From: OCS155 cluster bacterium AG-349-E07
GTDB taxonomy: Bacteria > Actinomycetota > Acidimicrobiia > Actinomarinales > Actinomarinaceae
Length of the DNA: 64,000 nucleotides
Reading direction: 5' to 3'
Assembly (NCBI GenBank): GCA_003281085.1
Contig: QCCZ01000003.1
Span: 8,386 to 72,385, forward strand
This document shows, in pieces, positions 29,544-37,536 of this stretch. Position 1 is the first letter of the stretch. Each line of letters opens with the position of its first letter. A program made the position numbers and the translations under genes. The notes below the pieces were generated by a model that ran no database searches, had not been told where the DNA came from, and worked only from the letters and a program-made list of their open reading frames with translations.

Positions 29544-29974
29544 TGAAAGTATTTGCAGAAAATAGAAAAGCGAGAAATTCTTATGAATTTCAAGAGTTTT
29601 ATGAAGCTGGAATTGTCTTAACTGGTCCAGAAACTAAGAGTGTCAGAACTGGTGCGGTTTCAATTGTTGACGCATTCGCAATAATTGAAAATGAGGAGGG
29701 ATTTCTTATGGAAATGAACATTGAGCCATATAAATATGCGGATCAGACAGATTACAATCCAAAAAATCAAAGAAAACTTTTACTTCACAAAGGTGAGATA
29801 AAAAAACTAATTGGTTTAACTTCCCAAAAAGGATTTACATTAATCGCTACAAAAATTTTTGAAAAAAATGGGTATATAAAAGTTGAGCTTGCTCTTGCTA
29901 GAGGTAAAAAAGACTACGATAAAAGAAAAAAACTTATTGAAAAACAGCATAAAAAAGAAATTAAAAACTATTAA
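29543..29974 (+). CDS. smpB: SsrA-binding protein SmpB
   Basis: The sequence NRKARNSYEF...EAGIVLTGPETKSVR and a basic C-terminal tail. The ATG overlaps the upstream TGA (TGATG). Confidence 0.9.
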   Translation: MKVFAENRKARNSYEFQEFYEAGIVLTGPETKSVRTGAVSIVDAFAIIENEEGFLMEMNIEPYKYADQTDYNPKNQRKLLLHKGEIKKLIGLTSQKGFTLIATKIFEKNGYIKVELALARGKKDYDKRKKLIEKQHKKEIKNY

Positions 29975-31490
29975 AAACTTTCTCAGTACCTACTCTAACA
30001 TCACAAACACCTTCAAAATTTCCGTCATCCTTTTTATAAATAATTGAAATAGGACCATAAGCTTTGTTAAATTTATTTTCTACTTCAACTTCGTGCCCTT
30101 TTTTAAGTAAAATTTCTAAATTTTCATTATTAATTTTTTCGAATCTTAATTTTGATATCGTTTCACTAGAAAAATTTTCTATAACCCATCTGGGTTCTTT
30201 AATTATTTCCTCAAAAGAATCTGATTTTTGAATATAAGGTAGTATTGTTTGAATTAATAGTTGAGGTTGGTATCTTCCTCCTCTGGTGCCAGCTATAAAT
30301 TCTAAATTTCCATTTTTAGACCAAATTGTTGGTGAAAGAGTATGAAGCGGTTTTCTTCCTGGTGTTAAATAATTTGGGTGTTTTGAGTCTAGATTAAAGC
30401 CACATCCTCTATTGTGTAGGAAAAATCCAAAACTTCCTACACCTATCCTGCTCCCAATTCCGTGAAAATTAGATTGTATAAGTGATACTCCTAATCCGTC
30501 TTTATCAATTGTGTTCATATATGCAGTTCCTCCACCATGTGGTTTAGGAAAATTAAATTTTTCGGAATGGTTTGGGTTGAATAGCTTTATTTTTTCTTGT
30601 AAGTAATCTAAATCAACTCCTTTAAAATCTTTTATATTTTTTCCATAATCGTAAGTAATATTGTCTCGATCTGCGGCAAGAATTCTGTATGTCTCAATAA
30701 TTTTATGTATATCATCTTTCTCAGCATCTAACATCTCAATTGCTTTCAATGTTGATAAAGTAAGGTAGCCCTGAGTATGTGGAGGTGATGTCCAGCCATC
30801 AAACCCATAAATATTTGTATGCAAAGGCTTTTTCCATTCAGCTTTATAATTTCTTAAATCATCCAATGATAAAATTCCAGAGACACTTGAAGAGATCGAT
30901 TTTGCAATTTCACTATCATAAAAATATTCAAGGCCATTAGTTTTTAACTGCTCTAGGGTCTTTCCTAATTGAGGACGCCTTATCACTTTACCTTTTCCAA
31001 AAGGCTGGTTATCTCTGTAAAACCCATATCCAGATGCCTGTCCGCTGAGTTCCTCTTTATGTATAGTTAGAGAATTATAAAGTTCTTCGTTGATTTCAAA
31101 ACCCTCGTGACATAAATCTATTCCAAGATCTAAAATCTCCTCTACTTTTAAATTGCCATATCTTTTACTTAGCTCTATCCATCCTGCAACTGCTCCTGGA
31201 ACAGTTACAGATAATGGATGATTTAATGGTATTGATTCCATATTTTGCAAATCATTAGGATTTGCAAAAGTACCAGCATATCCGGAAGCGTCTAGAAAAT
31301 CGGGTTCATTTTTAGATGGATCCCAAACTAGCGCAAACAGGTCTCCACCAATACCACAAGTTTCTGGTGCTACGATACCTTGAATAAGATTTGTTGCAAT
31401 TGCAGCATCAACTGCATTTCCACCTTTGTTATATATTTGAGAAGCAATATCAGTAGATAGATAATGAGGTGAGACAATTATGTCATTCAT
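29961..31490 (-). CDS. ggt: Gamma-glutamyltransferase family protein
   Basis: N-terminal GGNAVDAAIA...GIGGDLFALVW. Nucleophile region GGGTAYMNTIDKDG. Confidence 0.85.
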   Translation of the reverse strand: MNDIIVSPHYLSTDIASQIYNKGGNAVDAAIATNLIQGIVAPETCGIGGDLFALVWDPSKNEPDFLDASGYAGTFANPNDLQNMESIPLNHPLSVTVPGAVAGWIELSKRYGNLKVEEILDLGIDLCHEGFEINEELYNSLTIHKEELSGQASGYGFYRDNQPFGKGKVIRRPQLGKTLEQLKTNGLEYFYDSEIAKSISSSVSGILSLDDLRNYKAEWKKPLHTNIYGFDGWTSPPHTQGYLTLSTLKAIEMLDAEKDDIHKIIETYRILAADRDNITYDYGKNIKDFKGVDLDYLQEKIKLFNPNHSEKFNFPKPHGGGTAYMNTIDKDGLGVSLIQSNFHGIGSRIGVGSFGFFLHNRGCGFNLDSKHPNYLTPGRKPLHTLSPTIWSKNGNLEFIAGTRGGRYQPQLLIQTILPYIQKSDSFEEIIKEPRWVIENFSSETISKLRFEKINNENLEILLKKGHEVEVENKFNKAYGPISIIYKKDDGNFEGVCDVRVGTEKVFNSF

Positions 31491-31589
31491 AGTAATAATT
31501 ATAAGTAATTTTTAATATATATTTCCTTTTGAAAGTTACTCGTATAAATTCAACAACTATAAACTTATAAAACAATAAGGAGTGAATTA

Positions 31590-31898
31590 ATGAAAGATAT
31601 AAATGCACAAGAATATAGCGAATTACTAAATTCCGATTCGCCAGTTGTTATTGATTTTCACGCAACATGGTGTGGTCCATGCAAAGTTTTAAGTCCAATC
31701 CTTGAAGAGTTATCAAGTGAAGTTGAAGGAGTAGAGTTTGTGAAGCTTGACGTCGATCAACATCCAGATATCGCTGGAGCCAATGGAGTTATGGGAGTAC
31801 CAACAGTAGTTATGTTAAAAGGCGGGGAAGTCAAAGAACGTTTTGTTGGTGTACAGCCAAAAGAAGTAATTAAAGAAAAAGTTTCCGCTTTAATCTAA
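31590..31898 (+). CDS. trxA: Thioredoxin
   Basis: WCGPCK active site, 102 aa, with an AAGGAG ribosome-binding site upstream. Confidence 0.92.
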   Translation: MKDINAQEYSELLNSDSPVVIDFHATWCGPCKVLSPILEELSSEVEGVEFVKLDVDQHPDIAGANGVMGVPTVVMLKGGEVKERFVGVQPKEVIKEKVSALI

Positions 31899-31899
31899 G

Positions 31900-32181
31900 T
31901 TGCTTCGAGTAGTTTTATTTTTACAAGTCTTAACCTTATCTCTGCTTATAGGTGCAGGAATTTATTTTTACAATTACGTGCAAGTAATCAATTCTGAAAT
32001 TGAAACTGTAATGTCTGTGATTCAAGAAATTCAAGCACTACTTCCAAAACTAAACGCTACTGCAGATGCTGTTTCTTCATTACAATCACAATTTGGAGAA
32101 GCATTCAAAACTCTAAGTGATCTGTCATTATTTTTTAATAACTTTCTTGAGTTATTTAGTCAATTACAAGGAAATTCCTAA
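31900..32181 (+). CDS. Small membrane-anchored protein, function unknown
   Basis: 93 aa with one N-terminal TM and a helical tail. It is tightly packed between trxA and the glutaredoxin-like gene. Confidence 0.5.
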   Translation: MLRVVLFLQVLTLSLLIGAGIYFYNYVQVINSEIETVMSVIQEIQALLPKLNATADAVSSLQSQFGEAFKTLSDLSLFFNNFLELFSQLQGNS

Positions 32182-32183
32182 AC

Positions 32184-32432
32184 ATGAATATTAAATTCTA
32201 TACAACTGACTGGTGTGGGGATTGTGTACGATCTAAAGCTTTACTTAACAAATTGAATGTTGATTTTGAAGAAATCAATGTAGATATCAACTCAGAAGCA
32301 AATGAATACATAACAAAGTTACAAAACAACCAAAGAAGAATCCCAACTATTGTATTTGAGGACGATACTTTTCTAGTTGAGCCATCTGATGTTGAGTTGG
32401 AGTTAAAACTAAAACAATTAAATTACATTTAA
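32184..32432 (+). CDS. Glutaredoxin-like (NrdH/mycoredoxin-type) protein
   Basis: 82 aa with FYTTDWCGDCVRSK, a CxxC motif at the start of a thioredoxin fold. Confidence 0.75.
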   Translation: MNIKFYTTDWCGDCVRSKALLNKLNVDFEEINVDINSEANEYITKLQNNQRRIPTIVFEDDTFLVEPSDVELELKLKQLNYI

Positions 32433-32510
32433 CCTTTGTTGTTAAAACTTTGTTAATTAACCATATGAATTCATACTTAAGATAGAATTACTTTAATTTA
32501 ATTGGTATTC

Positions 32511-33290
32511 ATGGTTGATAATAAAGCGAATGATTTTGAAATATTTATAAATAATATTTTAGATAATACAGGAAAAATTGCGTTGAAATATTTTCGTGAT
32601 ATGAAAGATCTGTCACTCAAAAGAGATATGAGTCCAGTAACCATGGCAGATAAAGAGATAGAAAAATATATTAGAACACAAATTCTTAATCATTACCCTA
32701 ATCACAATATTGTTGGAGAAGAATATAAAGAGGTTATTGGTACAGAAAATATCACTTGGTACATTGATCCTATTGATGGAACTAGGAGCTTTTTAGCTGG
32801 TAAACATGATTTTGGTACTTTAATTTCATTAGTCATTGAAGATCAGTTAGTTGCAGGAGTTATAGATTGTCCGGCCTTAAGCGAAAGATGGTCTTCATTC
32901 CAACCTGATCTTACAAAAGTAAATAACCAGCCAACTATCTGTAAATCTGTTGAAAAATTAGAAGATGCAGTAATGGCTACAACCTCTAGTCATGAATTTG
33001 GAATGAAAAAATGGAGAGCTTATCAGTCGCTAGAACAATCTGTAAAGGTAACTACTACTGGTAGTGATTGTTATAACTATGGACTTTTAGCCAGTGGTCA
33101 TATAGATATTGTCGCTGAACGATTATCTTTTCCGCATGATTATTTGCCACTAATTAAAATTGTTGAGGGCGCTGGTGGTATCATGACAGATTGGGAGGGT
33201 AAAAAATTAAATTTTGATGAAAGCAATGTTTATGTACTTGCATCTGCATCAAAGCAAATTCACGAACAGGCATTATCAAAACTTCAATAA
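32511..33290 (+). CDS. Inositol monophosphatase family protein (IMPase/HisN/CysQ-like)
   Basis: Motifs GEE and WYIDPIDGTRSF. I placed the start at ATG 32511; the track uses TTG 32502. Confidence 0.85.
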   Translation: MVDNKANDFEIFINNILDNTGKIALKYFRDMKDLSLKRDMSPVTMADKEIEKYIRTQILNHYPNHNIVGEEYKEVIGTENITWYIDPIDGTRSFLAGKHDFGTLISLVIEDQLVAGVIDCPALSERWSSFQPDLTKVNNQPTICKSVEKLEDAVMATTSSHEFGMKKWRAYQSLEQSVKVTTTGSDCYNYGLLASGHIDIVAERLSFPHDYLPLIKIVEGAGGIMTDWEGKKLNFDESNVYVLASASKQIHEQALSKLQ

Positions 33291-33295
33291 ACAAA

Positions 33296-34219
33296 ATGAA
33301 AATACTTATCTGTGATAGTTTAAATCAGCATGTTTACAAAGAGCTTGAAACAATTGGGGATTGTTTAGACATATCTAAATCTGCATCAAAAGATGAAGAC
33401 TTAGCTATTCATATAAAAGATAGTGAAATTGTATTAATACGGAGTGCCACGAAATTAACAAAAGAAGTTTTAGTTAAAGCAGAAAAATTAAAAATAATAG
33501 GTAGGTGTGGTGTTGGAATAGATAATGTTGATTTAGATTTTGCAAAATCTAGAAATATTTTTGTTACTAATGCACCCTCAGCTAATTTAATATCTGTTGT
33601 TGAGTTAACAGTTGCTTTAATAATTAGTGCATCTAGAAAATTAAGTCTTGCTGATTTGCACCTTAAGAAAGGTGAATGGAACAGATCTGAATTTTTAGGC
33701 TATGAACTTTATGGAAAAACATTAGGAATAGTTGGCTTTGGTAAAGCTGGTCGTTTAGTCGCGGATAGAATGAAAAGTTTTGGCATGTCAATTGTATTTT
33801 ATGATCCATATGTTACAGATTGGAATGGTTCAGAAGAAAGTGTCGAGCTTGATGAATTACTAAGAACTGCAGATGTAGTATCAATTCATGTAATCAAGAC
33901 TAAAGATACAGAAAACTTGATTTCTAAGGATATGCTAGATTTACTCAAACCCAGTTCAATAATTGTAAACACTTCAAGAGGTGGTGTTTTGGATGAAGAT
34001 TATTTATTTGAACTCTTAGAATCAGAGAAAATTTTTGGAGCTGGGTTGGATGTATATTCAAATGAACCGCCAGACAATGTAGAACGATATAATAGCTTAA
34101 ATCTAGTTACCACTCCACACATCGGTGCTTCTACATACGAAGCTCAACTTAAAGCGGGTTTAGAAACTATTGAAAATATAAAAAAAATTTTAGCTGGGGA
34201 TGGATCTGTAGCTCTTTAA
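33296..34219 (+). CDS. D-isomer-specific 2-hydroxyacid dehydrogenase (phosphoglycerate dehydrogenase-like, no ACT domain)
   Basis: NAD site GIVGFGKAGRLVA and catalytic region TPHIGAST. 307 aa. Confidence 0.85.
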   Translation: MKILICDSLNQHVYKELETIGDCLDISKSASKDEDLAIHIKDSEIVLIRSATKLTKEVLVKAEKLKIIGRCGVGIDNVDLDFAKSRNIFVTNAPSANLISVVELTVALIISASRKLSLADLHLKKGEWNRSEFLGYELYGKTLGIVGFGKAGRLVADRMKSFGMSIVFYDPYVTDWNGSEESVELDELLRTADVVSIHVIKTKDTENLISKDMLDLLKPSSIIVNTSRGGVLDEDYLFELLESEKIFGAGLDVYSNEPPDNVERYNSLNLVTTPHIGASTYEAQLKAGLETIENIKKILAGDGSVAL

Positions 34220-34305
34220 ATTTTAAAAAACTGTTGTAATAAAAACAAAACAACACGATAATAAAGTAACAATTTAGTTATTTAGGCTGGCACCAATAAA
34301 TTTAA

Positions 34306-35451
34306 CTAATCATCAAAATTGGCTTTTATAATTTCGTAAATTGGCCAACCATATGGAACACATCCATCAGTACCTTTACTTTGTTGCATCATTAATGGTG
34401 CAATTGCACCTTCTTTTGGACAACTTGTGTGTCCCCAGCCTAGAATATGGCCAGTTTCATGATTGATAAGATACAATCTGTAAGTTTCTAAATCTCTTAA
34501 AAAATCTCTAGCACCATTTTTCCATCTAAAGTCATTGATAACTATCTCTCTTTCATTTCTACATGAATATATCCCATTTGTTTGCAAAGGGTAACAAAGT
34601 TCGTCAGTAGTTTCAGGAGAAGCAAATATATATACGAAATCACTATCTTCAACATTTGTGTGATAGAAGCCTTTATCAGTAATGTTTATCCAGCCTTTTT
34701 CATGATTCAATATCAAATCCAATAACTTTTTTATGCACTCATGGTCGATATTTAAAGAAGACTCAACCTTTATTCCAAAATTAAACTTTTTGTCATCTCT
34801 TGTATTTATAGTTTCAACTTCAATAAGTTCAGGATTCTCTATAGGATCTTCTAAATTCTCTAGATAACAACCGTTTTTTAGATCTTCTGTTTCCAACTCT
34901 TTAGATTTTGTAACTGATTCGTCCGATAAAAATATAGATGTAATATTTTCATCTTGATTTTCTTTGATTCTTATTACTTCCTCAACTTCTTTTAATTGTG
35001 ACGTAAAGAAATTTACTTTCTCATTAATTGTTAAAGTTGAAACAATATACAAAAATGTATCTTCATCTATATTGGCATAATTATTTTTAAAATAATTCAA
35101 AGTGTATTCATAATGTTCAATATAAGCATCTCTTTTACTATCGATAATTTTTAATGAATTTTCCCATTCTGAAAGACACTCTCTTGTTAAGCTGAACCAA
35201 TTTCCTGTTATGTAACATAAGTCACTTATAGACTCCAGAGAAGATGTTGTTTCTTTTTCAAAATCAAAACTTGGATAAGCATATTTTTCGATTTTAACTA
35301 CAGGTGTTGTTGTTGTGGTAGCTTCAAATAATGTTGTTTGAGTTACTTCTACACTCTCTTCAGAATCATTATTGTTAAAGAAGTTTATTCCAACTACACT
35401 TACGGAAATTAAAAATACAAAAAGGAGTAAGCCTTTAGTGTTTTGTTGCAT
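34306..35451 (-). CDS. Secreted metzincin-like zinc protease (DUF3152-like)
   Basis: N-terminal TM/signal sequence, a Thr-rich linker (TTTTTP), and HETGHILGWGH, which matches HExxHxxGxxH. Confidence 0.7.
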   Translation of the reverse strand: MQQNTKGLLLFVFLISVSVVGINFFNNNDSEESVEVTQTTLFEATTTTTPVVKIEKYAYPSFDFEKETTSSLESISDLCYITGNWFSLTRECLSEWENSLKIIDSKRDAYIEHYEYTLNYFKNNYANIDEDTFLYIVSTLTINEKVNFFTSQLKEVEEVIRIKENQDENITSIFLSDESVTKSKELETEDLKNGCYLENLEDPIENPELIEVETINTRDDKKFNFGIKVESSLNIDHECIKKLLDLILNHEKGWINITDKGFYHTNVEDSDFVYIFASPETTDELCYPLQTNGIYSCRNEREIVINDFRWKNGARDFLRDLETYRLYLINHETGHILGWGHTSCPKEGAIAPLMMQQSKGTDGCVPYGWPIYEIIKANFDD

Positions 35452-35491
35452 ATGTATATGTTAAAAGTACTTTAAATTCTTACAAGGTACT

Positions 35492-36052
35492 TTATTTTTT
35501 ATAACCTTTTTCGTCAATAAATTCCTCAGGCTCTAAACCAAGTCCATCGGCAACTCTATTGATGTAATTAAAGTAGGAAATTACTTGAACTATTTCTGAT
35601 ATTGCTTTGTCATCAAAATTATTTTTTTGTAATTCTTTGTAATCAAATTGTGTTATTTCACCCGGTTTCAAAGTCAATTTTTCCGCAAAATTGCATAAAG
35701 CGATTTGTTCTTTTGTTAAGCTACTTTTTTTCCAATCATTAGCAATCTCATCAACTAATTTTTGGTCTTTTGTCTCCGACCGGAGATCATATAAATGTGC
35801 TCGAATTCAATATTCGCATTCATTGGAAATTGAGGTGATTACTGCAAGTAATTCTCTATCAAAACGAGATATCTCTAAATTTCCAAACATTGTTGAATTA
35901 TATAATCGCATTGAATCTCTTAAAATTTCTGGGGTTTGAGATTGAATAGTCAGTATGTTCCAAATTCTCCCAGCTCTTCTCAAGCCTTTCTCGTACTCTT
36001 TTTTAAGAAGACCAGTAGAGTCCTTAAATTTGAACAATTTAATAAATGCCAT
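35492..36052 (-). CDS. AhpD/carboxymuconolactone-decarboxylase-family peroxidase-related protein with an in-frame TGA at the CxxC site (candidate selenoprotein; the alternative is a very recent pseudogene)
   Basis: Track ORFs 35807..36052 and 35492..35677 share one frame. The read-through gives ...RELLAVITSISNECEY-TGA-IRAHLYDLR...FAEKLT...YINRVADGLG, about 186 aa. The TGA is at 35807..35809 on the complement. Confidence 0.7.
35773..35786 (-). promoter_or_regulatory. Candidate bacterial SECIS apical hairpin
   Basis: The mRNA forms UCUCC-GGUC-GGAGA starting about 20 nt 3' of the in-frame UGA. It is locally G+C-rich and is built from codons uncommon in this genome (CUC CGG UCG GAG). Confidence 0.4.
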
Positions 36053-36082
36053 ATTAATAATTTTTACTTAAAATAAGGGTGT

Positions 36083-36526
36083 ATGCAACTTCCTAATGAA
36101 CTTAAGCAAGCAATTGATAACAATGCTTTTTGTGCATTATCAACAAAAATCAATGAAAAAGAGATCCAGAATCATTTAATGTGGGTTGATTACAAAGATA
36201 ATAAAATTCTTATCAATACAGAGCAAGGAAGAAAAAAAACAGTAAATATTAGGAAGGAACCAAATATTTCATTAGTTATATTTCATCCATCTGATATGTA
36301 TACATGTTGGGAGATAAGGGGCGTTGTTGGGAATATTGTTCAAGATTCAACTGCAAATGACCACATAGATTATTTATCAAATAGATATTCAGGTAAACCA
36401 TATGGTAGAACAAAAGATGTCACTTGGGAGCAAGCAGGATTCAAATCCAGAGAAATATGGGAAATAGATATTAATAAGGTTATATCTATGGTCAGCAGAG
36501 CTCAGGCAAAATCAGATTCAGAGTAA
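36083..36526 (+). CDS. Pyridoxamine 5'-phosphate oxidase-fold protein (probable F420/FMN-dependent PPOX class)
   Basis: 147 aa with a split-barrel-type sequence (ALSTKINEKEIQNHLMWVDY...ILINTEQGRKK). F420 biosynthesis genes are present in the window. Confidence 0.6.
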   Translation: MQLPNELKQAIDNNAFCALSTKINEKEIQNHLMWVDYKDNKILINTEQGRKKTVNIRKEPNISLVIFHPSDMYTCWEIRGVVGNIVQDSTANDHIDYLSNRYSGKPYGRTKDVTWEQAGFKSREIWEIDINKVISMVSRAQAKSDSE

Positions 36527-37146
36527 AACTTTAAAAAAGGATTGTTCTCAAAAGATTCCTGTTCTGCTCCTAGAAATTCTTTAATTAAATTTTCTGCATT
36601 TAATGAGATATCCCCACCTCTAGATTCGATGTGTCCTGATTTTCTAAATAAATCCTGAGGAATTTTTTTCATAAATCTTTTAAAGTTTTCCTCTGATATT
36701 CTTAGATACTTTGCAAGTGATAATTCTACTTTTATTGATTGTGGCAAGACATTGCAACTAAACACATATATAGAAGCAAACATAGCCCAATCTAACGGCG
36801 AGGGTCTTCTGCCTTTTTCAAAGACTGTAAAATCGTAATTAGGGAAAAATTTGTAAGGAGAGTAGGCTAATCCAGACTTGTCAGATAAAACTTTATAAAT
36901 ATATCGATCAAGTAACTTAATATCCATATTTGGAATGTTATTTTCAATTGTTAATTTACCAATTTGGAATTCACTCTCAGAAGGATGAATGACTAATTTA
37001 CAGATTACAATTTTTCCAAAATAGTTTTCTATTTCTACATCAAGTTGAATATTTTTTGGTATAAAAATTAACCCATCATTATCATTTGAATCAATTACCA
37101 CTTGTAATTGTTCGTTTAGTTCAAAGCTTTTGTTATTAATTTTCAT
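36502..37146 (-). CDS. Hypothetical protein
   Basis: 214-aa ORF with no recognisable motif. It fills the gap between the PPOX-like gene and ssrA. Confidence 0.5.
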   Translation of the reverse strand: MKINNKSFELNEQLQVVIDSNDNDGLIFIPKNIQLDVEIENYFGKIVICKLVIHPSESEFQIGKLTIENNIPNMDIKLLDRYIYKVLSDKSGLAYSPYKFFPNYDFTVFEKGRRPSPLDWAMFASIYVFSCNVLPQSIKVELSLAKYLRISEENFKRFMKKIPQDLFRKSGHIESRGGDISLNAENLIKEFLGAEQESFENNPFLKFYSESDFA

Positions 37147-37198
37147 ATTTCAAATAATCTAATTCTCAAGTATAATTTTAGAACTAATAAAACTGTAT

Positions 37199-37536
37199 GG
37201 GGGTGAACTGGCTTCGACTTTGAAGCGAGTCTCTCAGTAGCGAGTCGAGGGTCCTAGGGCCTCGTAAAAAACGTAGGAAAACAATATAACTGCCAAACCT
37301 AAGTTGGCTTTAGCAGCCTAACCGCTGCTCGTCACCTATCGGGGCTCCCACCTCGGATAGAAATGGCGTCGAAATGTGGGATGCTGAGTTGGGTTACCGA
37401 CTGACTCTTAAGATTTAGGTAAACCTGTTAGGTTATAGGTTCCGATGACTTGCCTGACAGTAAAACATCGGATGCACTCGGAGAAGCTGTTTGATAGCTT
37501 GGAAGGACCGGGGTTCGACTCCCCGCACCTCCACCA
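37199..37536 (+). ncRNA. ssrA: tmRNA (SsrA)
   Basis: The 5' GGGGGUG pairs with the 3' CACCUCC, including the G3:U alanine identity pair. T-arm GGGGTTCGACTCCCC, discriminator A and encoded CCA. The tag ORF is GCC AAA CCT AAG TTG GCT TTA GCA GCC TAA (37292..37321), ending ...KLALAA. The resume-codon choice is tentative. Confidence 0.92.

Noticed and set aside
34220-34305. Bidirectional intrinsic terminator in the only real convergent spacer
   Set aside because: The best hairpin (tgttgt...acaaca) is a 6-bp AT-rich stem with a 13-nt loop and no flanking U-tract. That is too weak to call.
35691-35939. 82-aa plus-strand ORF bridging the two halves of the AhpD-like gene
   Set aside because: It lies antisense to a continuous, family-matching minus-strand frame. 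The bridging is better explained by the in-frame TGA read-through on the minus strand.
37171-37176. TATAAT hexamer 23 nt upstream of the tmRNA 5' end as its promoter -10 box
   Set aside because: It is plausible, but the matching -35 region is poor (TTTCAA), and TATAAT-like strings are frequent in this AT-rich DNA. I did not report it as a feature.
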